Below are positions 28,861-38,065 of a stretch of DNA of 64,000 nucleotides, piece after piece. Source of the stretch: Crocinitomix catalasitica ATCC 23190 (GTDB taxonomy: Bacteria; Bacteroidota; Bacteroidia; Flavobacteriales_D; Crocinitomicaceae); NCBI RefSeq assembly GCF_000621625.1, contig NZ_JHXV01000009.1, positions 8,999 to 72,998 on the forward strand. The letters run 5' to 3'. Position numbers and translations under genes: made by a program. Below the pieces are notes generated by a model. That model saw only the letters and a program-made list of their open reading frames with translations. It made no database searches and was not told the DNA's origin. Within the stretch, counting starts at the first letter, position 1. Each line of letters begins with the position of its first letter.

Positions 28861-30585
28861 ATGCGTTTAACAATTTTTTTTCTCCTTTTTTATTTTTTAT
28901 TTACTTCGTTTTTAAGTTTTTCTCAAATAGAAATACAACCATTTGATATTTCTCAAAATGAAATTCGTCAACACGCCATAAAGTCAATTAAAGAATTTGA
29001 TACTGAGCAAACGCAGCAAAGGTTTGCCATATATGATACCTTAGGAATTAGAACACACTTTGATAGTCAAAATTTAAAAATTGATTATCAATACACTTAT
29101 GATAAAAATGGATACCTAATTGAAAAACAAGTATCCGAATGTGTTAAAATTGATGCATTAAAACTTCAAACGAACCATTTTAACGGTAAACTTACCACGG
29201 CTAATTATACTTTTAATTTCATGATGGAAATTATAGAGGTTTTTGAACAGTATTTTTATAATTCGAAAGGTCAAATAAAAGAAGTTGCCCTTTCATTTCC
29301 TCCTTTTGATAACAAAGCTTATACTCGGCAATATGAATATGATGATAAGGGCCGTTTGACACAAGTAAAAACGTTCTTTAATACTGATGAAAAACCTATT
29401 AACTTATTTAATACAACCTTTCAATACCAAAAGAAAAACACCTTGTTAAGTACTTTAAAATCTACATCTAACAATGATACAATTGATTATTATCTATATA
29501 ATAAGAAAGGAGCTATCATCAATCGTAAATACGATTACAATTTAATAAATTCGCCAAAACATACAGTGAATGGTGATTTGTATGAAGACTTTTTCCAATC
29601 GTACAATTCTCCATTAAATATTATCTTCCTGCACAGAAATTTAGACGCTCAAGTTAATGCCTTAGATCAAAACCTAATTGAAGTAGCTTATACGTATGAT
29701 AGCGATAAACTAATTACTGAAGAGCATACTACCGCCATTAAAGACAAAGCTCTCTTTAAAACCATTCGCTATTTAAACGATGGTGAAAAAATGATCATTT
29801 CTCATGGCAAAAACGATACCGCTTTGTATAAATACAAGACCGAAGATATTAATGCTCATCGAAAATCGATCAATGTAGAACTCAACCCTAAAACCAAGTC
29901 ACAACTACACATTAATCAATTTACAGGAGACAATAATGATCAAGAACTAATTATTAAGTTTCAAAATCATATACGAGAGTGCATTACCTATCATAAGATT
30001 GATACTGCAGCTAATTCATTTCAAAAAGCAACTTCTTGTTATAATTTTAGGAAAGAAATTTTTAATCCAATATCTAAAAATCAATGGAGTCCATCAACAA
30101 CATTGAATGGTAGTGATTTAAAAATCCCCAAGTACATCCCTGTGAATAGCAAATTGTCATCACTGCAACTAGGTATAGGTTTTAAAATCAATGAAAATGG
30201 AGATTTCGTCCAACATAGTCGTAACGAATGGCAATATTTAATCTCAACTTATAGCCGTATAGATTCGCTTTTAATTGAGCAAAAAATTTATTCGGATAGC
30301 GAACATACAAAGTTAATACATACACTGGGTTATACTTATACTGAATCTGGTTATCAAATTTTAACACGACATGCAGATCCGTTGACCATTGAAAGTTTGG
30401 GCGAATCAATTTCATTTTACGATAATAACGGAAAAATTCAAAAAACAACTTGGCCTGTTCCAAATTCAAGAAGTATAGAAGTAATTAATTATACCTATAA
30501 TGATAGAGGTTTATGTACTACTAAAATTGTTGACTTTGGTTTTAATAAAGTCACTACTAGCTTCGAATATACTTACTTTGATTGA
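28861..30585 (+). CDS. Secreted YD-repeat (RHS-like repeat) protein with no recognisable toxin domain
   Basis: Signal peptide. Repeated YxYDxxG(R/Y)L units (YTYDKNGYLIEK, YEYDDKGRLTQVK, YTYDSDKLITEE, YTYTESGYQILT, YTYNDRGLCTTK). Confidence 0.45.
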   Translation: MRLTIFFLLFYFLFTSFLSFSQIEIQPFDISQNEIRQHAIKSIKEFDTEQTQQRFAIYDTLGIRTHFDSQNLKIDYQYTYDKNGYLIEKQVSECVKIDALKLQTNHFNGKLTTANYTFNFMMEIIEVFEQYFYNSKGQIKEVALSFPPFDNKAYTRQYEYDDKGRLTQVKTFFNTDEKPINLFNTTFQYQKKNTLLSTLKSTSNNDTIDYYLYNKKGAIINRKYDYNLINSPKHTVNGDLYEDFFQSYNSPLNIIFLHRNLDAQVNALDQNLIEVAYTYDSDKLITEEHTTAIKDKALFKTIRYLNDGEKMIISHGKNDTALYKYKTEDINAHRKSINVELNPKTKSQLHINQFTGDNNDQELIIKFQNHIRECITYHKIDTAANSFQKATSCYNFRKEIFNPISKNQWSPSTTLNGSDLKIPKYIPVNSKLSSLQLGIGFKINENGDFVQHSRNEWQYLISTYSRIDSLLIEQKIYSDSEHTKLIHTLGYTYTESGYQILTRHADPLTIESLGESISFYDNNGKIQKTTWPVPNSRSIEVINYTYNDRGLCTTKIVDFGFNKVTTSFEYTYFD

Positions 30586-30706
30586 TCATTCTCAGCTTGA
30601 AATTTAATTTTTATTCTCGTTTATATTGATTTATAGGCAAATTCAGCCTTATTCAACGGCAAAAGCCATTTTTTTTATTACATTTAGCTAGTCTAAACAA
30701 ACCGCT

Positions 30707-31285
30707 ATGAATGATTTTTTTGCCCAAATGTCCTCTCAAGAATTTATTTATTGGACAATCGCATTAGTCGGCTCAGGACTTTTTGTTATTCTCTTCATTG
30801 TTACCATGATTGGCGGTGGTGATATGGATATGGAAAGTGATATGGGTGATATTGATGGTGGCGATGATGGCGGCGTCGGTTTCCAGTTTTTTACTTTTAA
30901 AAATGTTGTTGCTTTTTTCACTATTTTTGGGTGGACTGGTGTCACATGTATTGGTAACGGTATGTCAACAGGTATATCGTTATTCATTTCATCATTGGCA
31001 GGACTTGCCATGATGGTTTTAACCTCTGCCCTCTTTTATTGGATGAGTAAAATGGTTCAATCTGGTACTTTAAAAATTAAAAATACAATTGGTGTGATTG
31101 GTGAAGTTTATTTACCAATTGGAGCAAAGCGTTCAAAAATGGGAAAAGTACAAATTAAAGTACAAGGTAGTTTGCGTGAATTAGATGCGATTACTGATGC
31201 CGAAGAAGACCTCAAAACCAATTCAATCATCAAAGTTATTGATGTCGTTAGTGATGAATTACTGCTTGTTGAAAAATTAAAATAA
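30707..31285 (+). CDS. NfeD-like membrane protein (short form, OB-fold C-terminus)
   Basis: TM helices, an acidic linker, then a C-terminal beta-rich segment. Directly upstream of flotillin. Confidence 0.6.
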   Translation: MNDFFAQMSSQEFIYWTIALVGSGLFVILFIVTMIGGGDMDMESDMGDIDGGDDGGVGFQFFTFKNVVAFFTIFGWTGVTCIGNGMSTGISLFISSLAGLAMMVLTSALFYWMSKMVQSGTLKIKNTIGVIGEVYLPIGAKRSKMGKVQIKVQGSLRELDAITDAEEDLKTNSIIKVIDVVSDELLLVEKLK

Positions 31286-31295
31286 ACCTTATAAA

Positions 31296-32705
31296 ATGAA
31301 CCTAAACTTATTAGCTGTCCAGCCAGATTCTACTGGAATTTTTATTGTAGGAGCCGTTGTTCTTATTATTGTCGTTTTCCTTTTCTCCATGTTCAGACGC
31401 TATAAAAGGTGTCCTTCTGATAAAATATTGGTTGTCTATGGAAAAACGGGTGGAGATGAGTCTGCAAAATGTATTCATGGTGGTGCTGCATTTATTTGGC
31501 CAATCATTCAAGATTATTCATTTTTAGATTTAACACCTATTTCAATTGAAGTTAATCTAATCAACGCATTGAGTAAACAAAATATTCGTGTGAATGTACC
31601 TTCAAGATTTACAATTGGTATTTCAACAGAGCCTAGTGTAATGCAAAATGCTGCAGAAAGGTTGTTAGAATTAAGTTTAGATGCGGTTCAAGAATTAGCA
31701 CAAGAGATCATTTTTGGTCAATTGCGTCTAGTTGTCGCTTCAATGGACATTGAAGAAATTAATACGGATAGGGATCAATTCTTATCACACATTACGCATA
31801 GTGTCGAAGCCGAACTTAAAAAAGTTGGTTTAAAATTAATCAACGTAAACATTACTGACATCCACGATGAGTCAGGATATATTGAGGCTTTAGGAAAAGA
31901 AGCTGCAGCAAAAGCAATCAATGATGCGATTATTTCTGTTTCTCAAAAAGATAGAGATGGAGCAATTGGTCAAGCACAAGCCGTGCAAGACCAAAGAACA
32001 CAAGTTGCTGCTGCTAATGCACAAGCAGTTGAAGGTGAAAATATGGCAAAGATAAAGGTTGCCAACTCTGATGCTGATAGAAGAGCAAGAGAAGCTGAAG
32101 CTGAACGAATTGCCAATGCATCTGAAAAAGTGCAATCTGCAAAAGCATTAGAAGAAGCGTATGCAGCTGAAAAAATTGCAGAAGATGCAAGAGCATTGAG
32201 AAAAAAAGCTGAGCAAGGAGCTGATATTATCGTTCCCGCTGAAATAGACAAACGTAAAATTGAAATTGACGCTGAAGCAGCGGCTGAAAGAATTCGAAGA
32301 ATCGCTAAAGGTGAAGCTGATGCGATTTTCTTACGCAAAGAAGCAGAAGCTAAAGGTCTATTCGAAATCTTAACAAAACAAGCAGAAGGTCTTGACAGAA
32401 TTGTGAAGGCTGCAGGAAACAATTCTAAGGATGCTGTTTTACTCTTAATTGCTGACAAATTGCCTGACTTGGTAAAAATGCAATCTGAAGCGATCAAGAA
32501 TATTAAGATTGATAAGATTACAGTTTGGGAAAATGGCGGCGGAAAAGATGGAAAAACAGCTACATCGAACTTTATTTCAGGTATGTATAAATCTGTTCCA
32601 CCTTTGCAAGAAATGTTTAATATGGCAGGAATGGAATTACCTGAATATCTTAAAGGTAAAACGGTGGATGACAAAACTGATGATCAGGCTGAAGTAGTTG
32701 AATAA
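31296..32705 (+). CDS. Flotillin / SPFH (band 7) family protein
   Basis: N-terminal TM and SPFH domain followed by a long Ala/Glu-rich coiled coil (AEAEAERIANASEKVQSAKALEEAYAAEKIAEDARALRKKAE). Confidence 0.85.
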   Translation: MNLNLLAVQPDSTGIFIVGAVVLIIVVFLFSMFRRYKRCPSDKILVVYGKTGGDESAKCIHGGAAFIWPIIQDYSFLDLTPISIEVNLINALSKQNIRVNVPSRFTIGISTEPSVMQNAAERLLELSLDAVQELAQEIIFGQLRLVVASMDIEEINTDRDQFLSHITHSVEAELKKVGLKLINVNITDIHDESGYIEALGKEAAAKAINDAIISVSQKDRDGAIGQAQAVQDQRTQVAAANAQAVEGENMAKIKVANSDADRRAREAEAERIANASEKVQSAKALEEAYAAEKIAEDARALRKKAEQGADIIVPAEIDKRKIEIDAEAAAERIRRIAKGEADAIFLRKEAEAKGLFEILTKQAEGLDRIVKAAGNNSKDAVLLLIADKLPDLVKMQSEAIKNIKIDKITVWENGGGKDGKTATSNFISGMYKSVPPLQEMFNMAGMELPEYLKGKTVDDKTDDQAEVVE

Positions 32706-32710
32706 TTATC

Positions 32711-33673
32711 TTGCTGGTCATAAAAGTCTTAATGCACATATTTAAAGTATTCGCTCTTTTATTTATAGTATTATTGTCAGGTTGTTCTAAAGAAAAACGT
32801 GCTGATAAAAAAGGTGTTATCATGCAAGAGTTCATTGTCGAACTCTCTCAATATGCTCGAACAATTGATTCACATTTTATAATTATCCCTCAAAATGGAT
32901 CAGAATTGGCTTTTAATAAAATTTATCCAGACGAAGGTCTAAACTTGTCTTTTCTTGCTACGATCGATGGATTTGGTATCGAGCAGGTTATTTATGATGG
33001 AGAATATCATCCGGATGATGAGCGGCTAGATAATCTCAATAAAATCGTTGAATCCAAAACGATACTTGTTTCAGATTATGTGTACAATACAGATTATATA
33101 GCAGATGCTCAATTAAAAGCTACGGAAAAAGGATTTCTATCTTTCCCACGTACGCCTGATAATTATGATTATTTGACAATTCCTTCGGAGATAAGTAATG
33201 AGAATGCAATTGACGTTAATTCACTCGCCGATGCACAAAATTATCTCTATCTCATAAGTAATGAAAACTATTTGGACAAAGAAAGTTTTATCGCTGCGAT
33301 CAATGCTACCAATTTTGACCTTGTTTTAATTGATGCCTTTTTTAATGGACAATTGTTTACAATGGAAGAAATTGATGCGCTTAAAACGAAAAATAACGGT
33401 GCCAAAAGATTAGTCATTGCCTATATGAATGTTGGCGCGGCCGAATCGTACCGTTATTATTGGGAAGAAGACTGGAAACTGAATCATCCACGTTGGCTGA
33501 AGAAAAATTACGAAGGATATCCAGATGAAATCTGGGTAAAATTCTGGCATAAAGACTGGAAAAACATTATCTACGGCAATGACCAATCTTACACTAAAAA
33601 ATTATTGAACAGTGGGTTTGATGGCGCTTATTTGGACAATGTCGAAGCTTTTTATTTCTTATATTTTGATTAA
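32711..33673 (+). CDS. GH114/TM1410-like putative glycoside hydrolase lipoprotein (possibly C-terminally short)
   Basis: Lipobox LLSGC. Motifs LVIAYMNVGAAESYRYYWEED and GFDGAYLDNVEAF resemble GH114 endo-alpha-1,4-polygalactosaminidase-family barrels. The ORF ends about 10 aa after the second motif. Confidence 0.4.
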   Translation: MLVIKVLMHIFKVFALLFIVLLSGCSKEKRADKKGVIMQEFIVELSQYARTIDSHFIIIPQNGSELAFNKIYPDEGLNLSFLATIDGFGIEQVIYDGEYHPDDERLDNLNKIVESKTILVSDYVYNTDYIADAQLKATEKGFLSFPRTPDNYDYLTIPSEISNENAIDVNSLADAQNYLYLISNENYLDKESFIAAINATNFDLVLIDAFFNGQLFTMEEIDALKTKNNGAKRLVIAYMNVGAAESYRYYWEEDWKLNHPRWLKKNYEGYPDEIWVKFWHKDWKNIIYGNDQSYTKKLLNSGFDGAYLDNVEAFYFLYFD

Positions 33674-34333
33674 ATGAAATTAGACGCAGCACAACTATTA
33701 GAACTTGAAAGACAATTGGGTAAACCTGAAGGCGAATTTGGAATGGCTGTGGCCAATGAAATGAACAAAAGTAATTATGGAATTATTCATGACGCTTTTG
33801 AACGGTTAAACATTAAAAATGGTCAAAATATCCTGGAACTTGGTCATGCCAACGGAGAACATGTATTGAACTTGCTTGAAAATCTTCAATCCATTCATTA
33901 TAGCGGTCTTGAAATTTCAACACTCATGCACAATGAGGCTATTCGAATCAATGAAAAGCATATTCGAAATGGGAAAGCCAAATTCGAATTGTATGACGGA
34001 AATTTGATTCCTGAAAGAGACCTTTTCTTCGATAGTATTATCACGGTTAACACTTTATACTTTTGGGAAAAACCTATTGATTTAATGAATGAAATTCATC
34101 GCGTATTAGCAACTGACGGATTTTTTGTACTTGCTTTTGTAAAAAAAGACTTCATGCAGGATCTTCCTTTTGTGAACGATGGATTCTCTCTTTATAATAA
34201 CGCAGATGTGTCTAAACTCGTCTCTCAAAGCAAATTTAAAACAGCTGAATTTCTAGATCGTGAAGAAGAAGTGCAAAGTAAGGACAACACATTTGTTAAT
34301 CGAAAATATTCCCTCGCTATTATCAGAAAGTAA
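33674..34333 (+). CDS. Class I SAM-dependent methyltransferase
   Basis: Motif I-like ILELGHANGEH. About 219 aa. Confidence 0.5.
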   Translation: MKLDAAQLLELERQLGKPEGEFGMAVANEMNKSNYGIIHDAFERLNIKNGQNILELGHANGEHVLNLLENLQSIHYSGLEISTLMHNEAIRINEKHIRNGKAKFELYDGNLIPERDLFFDSIITVNTLYFWEKPIDLMNEIHRVLATDGFFVLAFVKKDFMQDLPFVNDGFSLYNNADVSKLVSQSKFKTAEFLDREEEVQSKDNTFVNRKYSLAIIRK

Positions 34334-34555
34334 AACATTTTAGCAATATGGATTTCAATTTGACTTACCTCCTATTTATACCCGCTCTAAATTGAAAAAA
34401 AAGATTAATTCTGACGTATTTAATCCTCCTCCTTTTATTGAATAATGCGTAAATTGCAGATAAATTTTATTGGTTAAAATATTATCGAATGATTCATTAA
34501 ATTATGGACGTTTTGGTAAAAATTTAACACTTAAATCTACCAAAAATCCATTCCT

Positions 34556-35887
34556 ATGGAAGACATGATTTTCTACGATCGATTGCAATTTGCTTTCACC
34601 ATTACTTTTCATTATATTTTTCCCCAGCTGACAATGGGACTTTCATTAATCATTGTCCTATTTAAATTTCAATTCTTGCGCACAAAAATTGAAAAGTACA
34701 ATGATGCTGCTAAATTTCTGATGAAAATATTTGCCATCAATTTCACTATGGGGGTTATTACCGGAATTCCAATGGAGTTTCAATTCGGAACCAATTGGGC
34801 CAAATTTTCAGAATTAACTGGTGGAATTATTGGTCAAACATTGGCGATGGAAGGATTGTTTTCCTTCTTTCTCGAATCCTCCTTCTTAGCCCTCTTTATA
34901 TTCGGTGAAAAATTAATGGGTCAAAGGCTTCATTTCCTGACTGGTTTATTGGTTTTTATAGGCTCTTGGGCGAGTGGTTATCTTATTCTAGCGACCAATG
35001 CTTGGATGCAACATCCCGTAGGATATGAAATTCTTGAGAACGGTAGATTTGTATTAACTAATTTCTCCGAACTATTCACTAATCCATGGCTGATGCCAGC
35101 CTTCTTGCACAATCAAATGGCATCTTTGGTAACTTCATCTTTTGTATTGGCTAGTATAGGAGCATTTTATGTTTTACGGAACAAACAAGTCGAATTCGGC
35201 CGTTTATTTTTAAAATCAGGTGTCATACTAGGTTTAATATCGAGTCTTCTCGTTGCTTTCCCTACTGGCGACTGGAATGCAAAAAACATGGCTAAATATC
35301 AACCTGGTGCATTTGCTGCAATGGAGGGTATTTTTGAAACAGAACATGCTGGCGCTGAAATTGTATTAATTGGTCAACCCAATATGGTCGAGAAAAAATT
35401 AGACAATAAATTGGCTGTACCTAACGTCCTGAGTTTTTTAACCTATCAAGATTGGAACATGCAGATTAAAGGGATGGATCAATTTGAGGAAGATGAACTC
35501 CCAGATAATATTCCTGCTTTGTATTATTCATATCACATAATGGTTGGATTAGGAACAATTTTCCTAGGTATTATGGCTTTAGCTGTCTTTTTACTTTGGC
35601 GTAAAAAATTATTCAAATCGAAAGCCATTCTTTGGACCATACTCTTCCTTTTCCCCTTCCCATACATTGCAAATATTACAGGTTGGTATACAGCGGAATT
35701 AGGGCGACAACCTTATTTAGTTTATGGTTTATTGCGCACTGCAGACGGCGTTTCACCTAACGTTTCTTCTGGAAATACACTCTTTACTTTATTAGGATTT
35801 ATGGGGCTCTATCTAATTCTAGGTTTATTATTTGTCCTCCTAGTCGGAAAAACTATTCATCAAGGTCCAACACCTAAAAAACATTAA
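34556..35887 (+). CDS. cydA: Cytochrome bd ubiquinol oxidase subunit I
   Basis: N-terminus MEDMIFYDRLQFAFTITFHYIFPQLTMGL and a Q-loop region. 443 aa. Confidence 0.9.
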   Translation: MEDMIFYDRLQFAFTITFHYIFPQLTMGLSLIIVLFKFQFLRTKIEKYNDAAKFLMKIFAINFTMGVITGIPMEFQFGTNWAKFSELTGGIIGQTLAMEGLFSFFLESSFLALFIFGEKLMGQRLHFLTGLLVFIGSWASGYLILATNAWMQHPVGYEILENGRFVLTNFSELFTNPWLMPAFLHNQMASLVTSSFVLASIGAFYVLRNKQVEFGRLFLKSGVILGLISSLLVAFPTGDWNAKNMAKYQPGAFAAMEGIFETEHAGAEIVLIGQPNMVEKKLDNKLAVPNVLSFLTYQDWNMQIKGMDQFEEDELPDNIPALYYSYHIMVGLGTIFLGIMALAVFLLWRKKLFKSKAILWTILFLFPFPYIANITGWYTAELGRQPYLVYGLLRTADGVSPNVSSGNTLFTLLGFMGLYLILGLLFVLLVGKTIHQGPTPKKH

Positions 35888-35888
35888 T

Positions 35889-36962
35889 ATGGAAATTTTT
35901 TGGTACAGTTTAATCGGAATAATACTTGTCATCTTTTTTATATTGGATGGTTATGATTTTGGAACAGGAATCATTCATCTCTTCTACGCAAAAAAGGAGA
36001 AAGACAAAGAAGTAATTACAAAGGCAGCAGGACTTTTTTGGGATTCGAACGAAGTTTGGTTAGTTGCTGCTGGAGGCATGCTATTCATGGCTTTCCCAAC
36101 TTATTATGCGTCTGTATTTAGTGGTTTATATTTACCCTTAATCATTGTATTGTGGCTTATCATTTTCAGGGCATTAGGGCTTGAATTACGCGGACAGTTT
36201 AATTACCAAATGTGGAAAGATATTTGGGATAAGGCATTTGGTGTATCCAGCTTATTATTGACCTTGTTTTTTGGTATCGCTTTAGGCAATGTACTACGTG
36301 GTGTCAATTTAGGCGGTGTCGAAGGAACAGAAGGCATTTACGAAGGTCATTATTTCTTTCTGCCACTTTGGTCGCACGACTTTAGTCCGCTATCCACGCA
36401 TCCAGGTGTCATCGATTGGTTCACCATAATCATTGGAATCATTGCTGTCGTTACCATTGCAATTCATGGTGCCAATTGGGTAATCCTGAAGACCAATGCA
36501 AGTATCAATGAAAAATTAAAGAAGGTACGATTTCGTTTAGGAATTGCTCTTGTCATTTTAACCTTATTCTCTTTAAGTATATGGAATCTCATCAATCCCG
36601 AAGCGTATAGTAATTTCGCAGAACATCCTTATTTTATAATTTTCCCACTGATTTATATTACTGGTTTAGCAGGAATATTGATGTCGCATAAATTCAAAAA
36701 AGAAATTACACCTTTTATCTGTTCGACTTTGTTAATTGTAGGTGGAATCATATCTTCAATTTCTTCTATGTTTCCCGTTATTTTACCATCAACGAATGAC
36801 ATTCATGAATCATTAACAATTTATAATACATCAACAAGTGAATACGGCATGAATACAGCATTTATTTGGGGTATTATTGGCGTTATCTTAATCATTGTTT
36901 ACTTCATCATTCAAAAACGACTTACTACAGGAAAAGTTGATAAAATGGATTATGGACATTAA
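35889..36962 (+). CDS. cydB: Cytochrome bd ubiquinol oxidase subunit II
   Basis: Polytopic membrane protein immediately 3' of cydA with its start coupled 2 nt after the cydA stop. Confidence 0.85.
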   Translation: MEIFWYSLIGIILVIFFILDGYDFGTGIIHLFYAKKEKDKEVITKAAGLFWDSNEVWLVAAGGMLFMAFPTYYASVFSGLYLPLIIVLWLIIFRALGLELRGQFNYQMWKDIWDKAFGVSSLLLTLFFGIALGNVLRGVNLGGVEGTEGIYEGHYFFLPLWSHDFSPLSTHPGVIDWFTIIIGIIAVVTIAIHGANWVILKTNASINEKLKKVRFRLGIALVILTLFSLSIWNLINPEAYSNFAEHPYFIIFPLIYITGLAGILMSHKFKKEITPFICSTLLIVGGIISSISSMFPVILPSTNDIHESLTIYNTSTSEYGMNTAFIWGIIGVILIIVYFIIQKRLTTGKVDKMDYGH

Positions 36963-36971
36963 ATAAAAAGA

Positions 36972-37268
36972 ATGACAGAGACGATAATCGCTTTATTAAG
37001 CATTGTTATTGGGATAATTGCCACACTAGTTCTTGGTCAAATTAAACAAAAGTTGAGTTTTGGTTTAATTGGCAATTGTATGATAGGTGTCTTTGGCAGT
37101 GTTTTATTTATTAAGTCTTTTGGACGTCTTGGATTCGATCCTGCTAGTATTTGTGCAAACAATGTTACTAACCTTCCCTTACTCTTTATTAATATGGCTG
37201 TATCAGCTTTAGGTGGTATATTTTTACTATTGTTATTGAACTTTTTACGTGTCAAGATTAAGACTTAA
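36972..37268 (+). CDS. GlsB/YeaQ/YmgE-family small membrane protein
   Basis: 98 aa with three Gly-rich TM helices of the transglycosylase-associated type. Confidence 0.5.
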   Translation: MTETIIALLSIVIGIIATLVLGQIKQKLSFGLIGNCMIGVFGSVLFIKSFGRLGFDPASICANNVTNLPLLFINMAVSALGGIFLLLLLNFLRVKIKT

Positions 37269-37343
37269 AAAGTAGAAAAACAATCAATTAAACCATTTGA
37301 AAAATCAATTTTATTTACTATTTTTAAAGAATAAATTAACGAT

Positions 37344-37562
37344 ATGGGCAAAGGAAATAAAGAATATTCGACAGATGGTATCACGGTAATTTGGAACGCT
37401 GAAAAATGCATTCACGCGGGCATCTGTGTGAAAACACTGCCCAATGTTTATGACCCAAAATCAAAACCTTGGATCTCGGCAGACAATGCATCAAAAGATG
37501 AATTGGTGAATCAAATTAAACAGTGTCCTTCAGGTGCACTATCATATAAATTTGATCAATAG
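37344..37562 (+). CDS. Divergent 4Fe-4S mono-cluster protein
   Basis: 72 aa with Cys ligands CIHAGICV...C (Fer4_19-like). Confidence 0.55.
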   Translation: MGKGNKEYSTDGITVIWNAEKCIHAGICVKTLPNVYDPKSKPWISADNASKDELVNQIKQCPSGALSYKFDQ

Positions 37563-37570
37563 AAAGTATA

Positions 37571-37853
37571 ATGGCGTTCAATTTATAACATGACGAGGAT
37601 AAAAAAGTCTACTATTTTGAAATCGAAGGAAAGATTGCCAAAATAGAGTATTTTAAAACTTTAGACAAAATTTTCATAACTCATACGGAGGTCCCAAAAG
37701 AACTAGGAGGTCAAGGGATTGCTTCAGCATTAATTAATGCTGATCGTCACGAAATAGAGCGGAACAAACTTAAATTAATTTCAAGATGTCCTTTCGTGAC
37801 ACGATATTTAGAGAAGCATCCTGAATGGGACAAAATTTTAGCCCATAATTAGA
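37571..37853 (+). pseudogene. GNAT-like (YjdJ/Acetyltransf_CG-type) N-acetyltransferase gene interrupted by an in-frame TAA at codon 6
   Basis: Translation MAFNL*HDEDKKVYYFEIEGKIAKIEYFKTLDKIFITHTEVPKELGGQGIASALINADRHEIERNKLKLISRCPFVTRYLEKHPEWDKILAHN. Family hallmarks HTEVP...GQGIAS...CPFV...KHPE are present. There is no alternative start codon after the TAA (37586-37588). Confidence 0.45.
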
Positions 37854-38065
37854 ATTATAATTCCAGATATTATTCAAATTGATTATTTCAAAATACTCTT
37901 TTCTCTGAAAACTAATTCGTAAAAATGATAAATTATACAGATTAAAATTGTATTTTTAGTTCTGTTAACCTAAAACAACTACTCTTTTCTTAAATTAAAG
38001 CATTATTGTAACACCTAACAGGGCTTAAAAATTTAAAGCCTTGCAATTTTGCCTAATCTATTGCT

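Noticed and set aside
31970-32674. 234-aa minus-strand ORF, Ala/Ser-rich
   Set aside because: Antisense to the flotillin coiled-coil region. The GCx/GAx codon periodicity of flotillin keeps the opposite strand open. There is no independent support.
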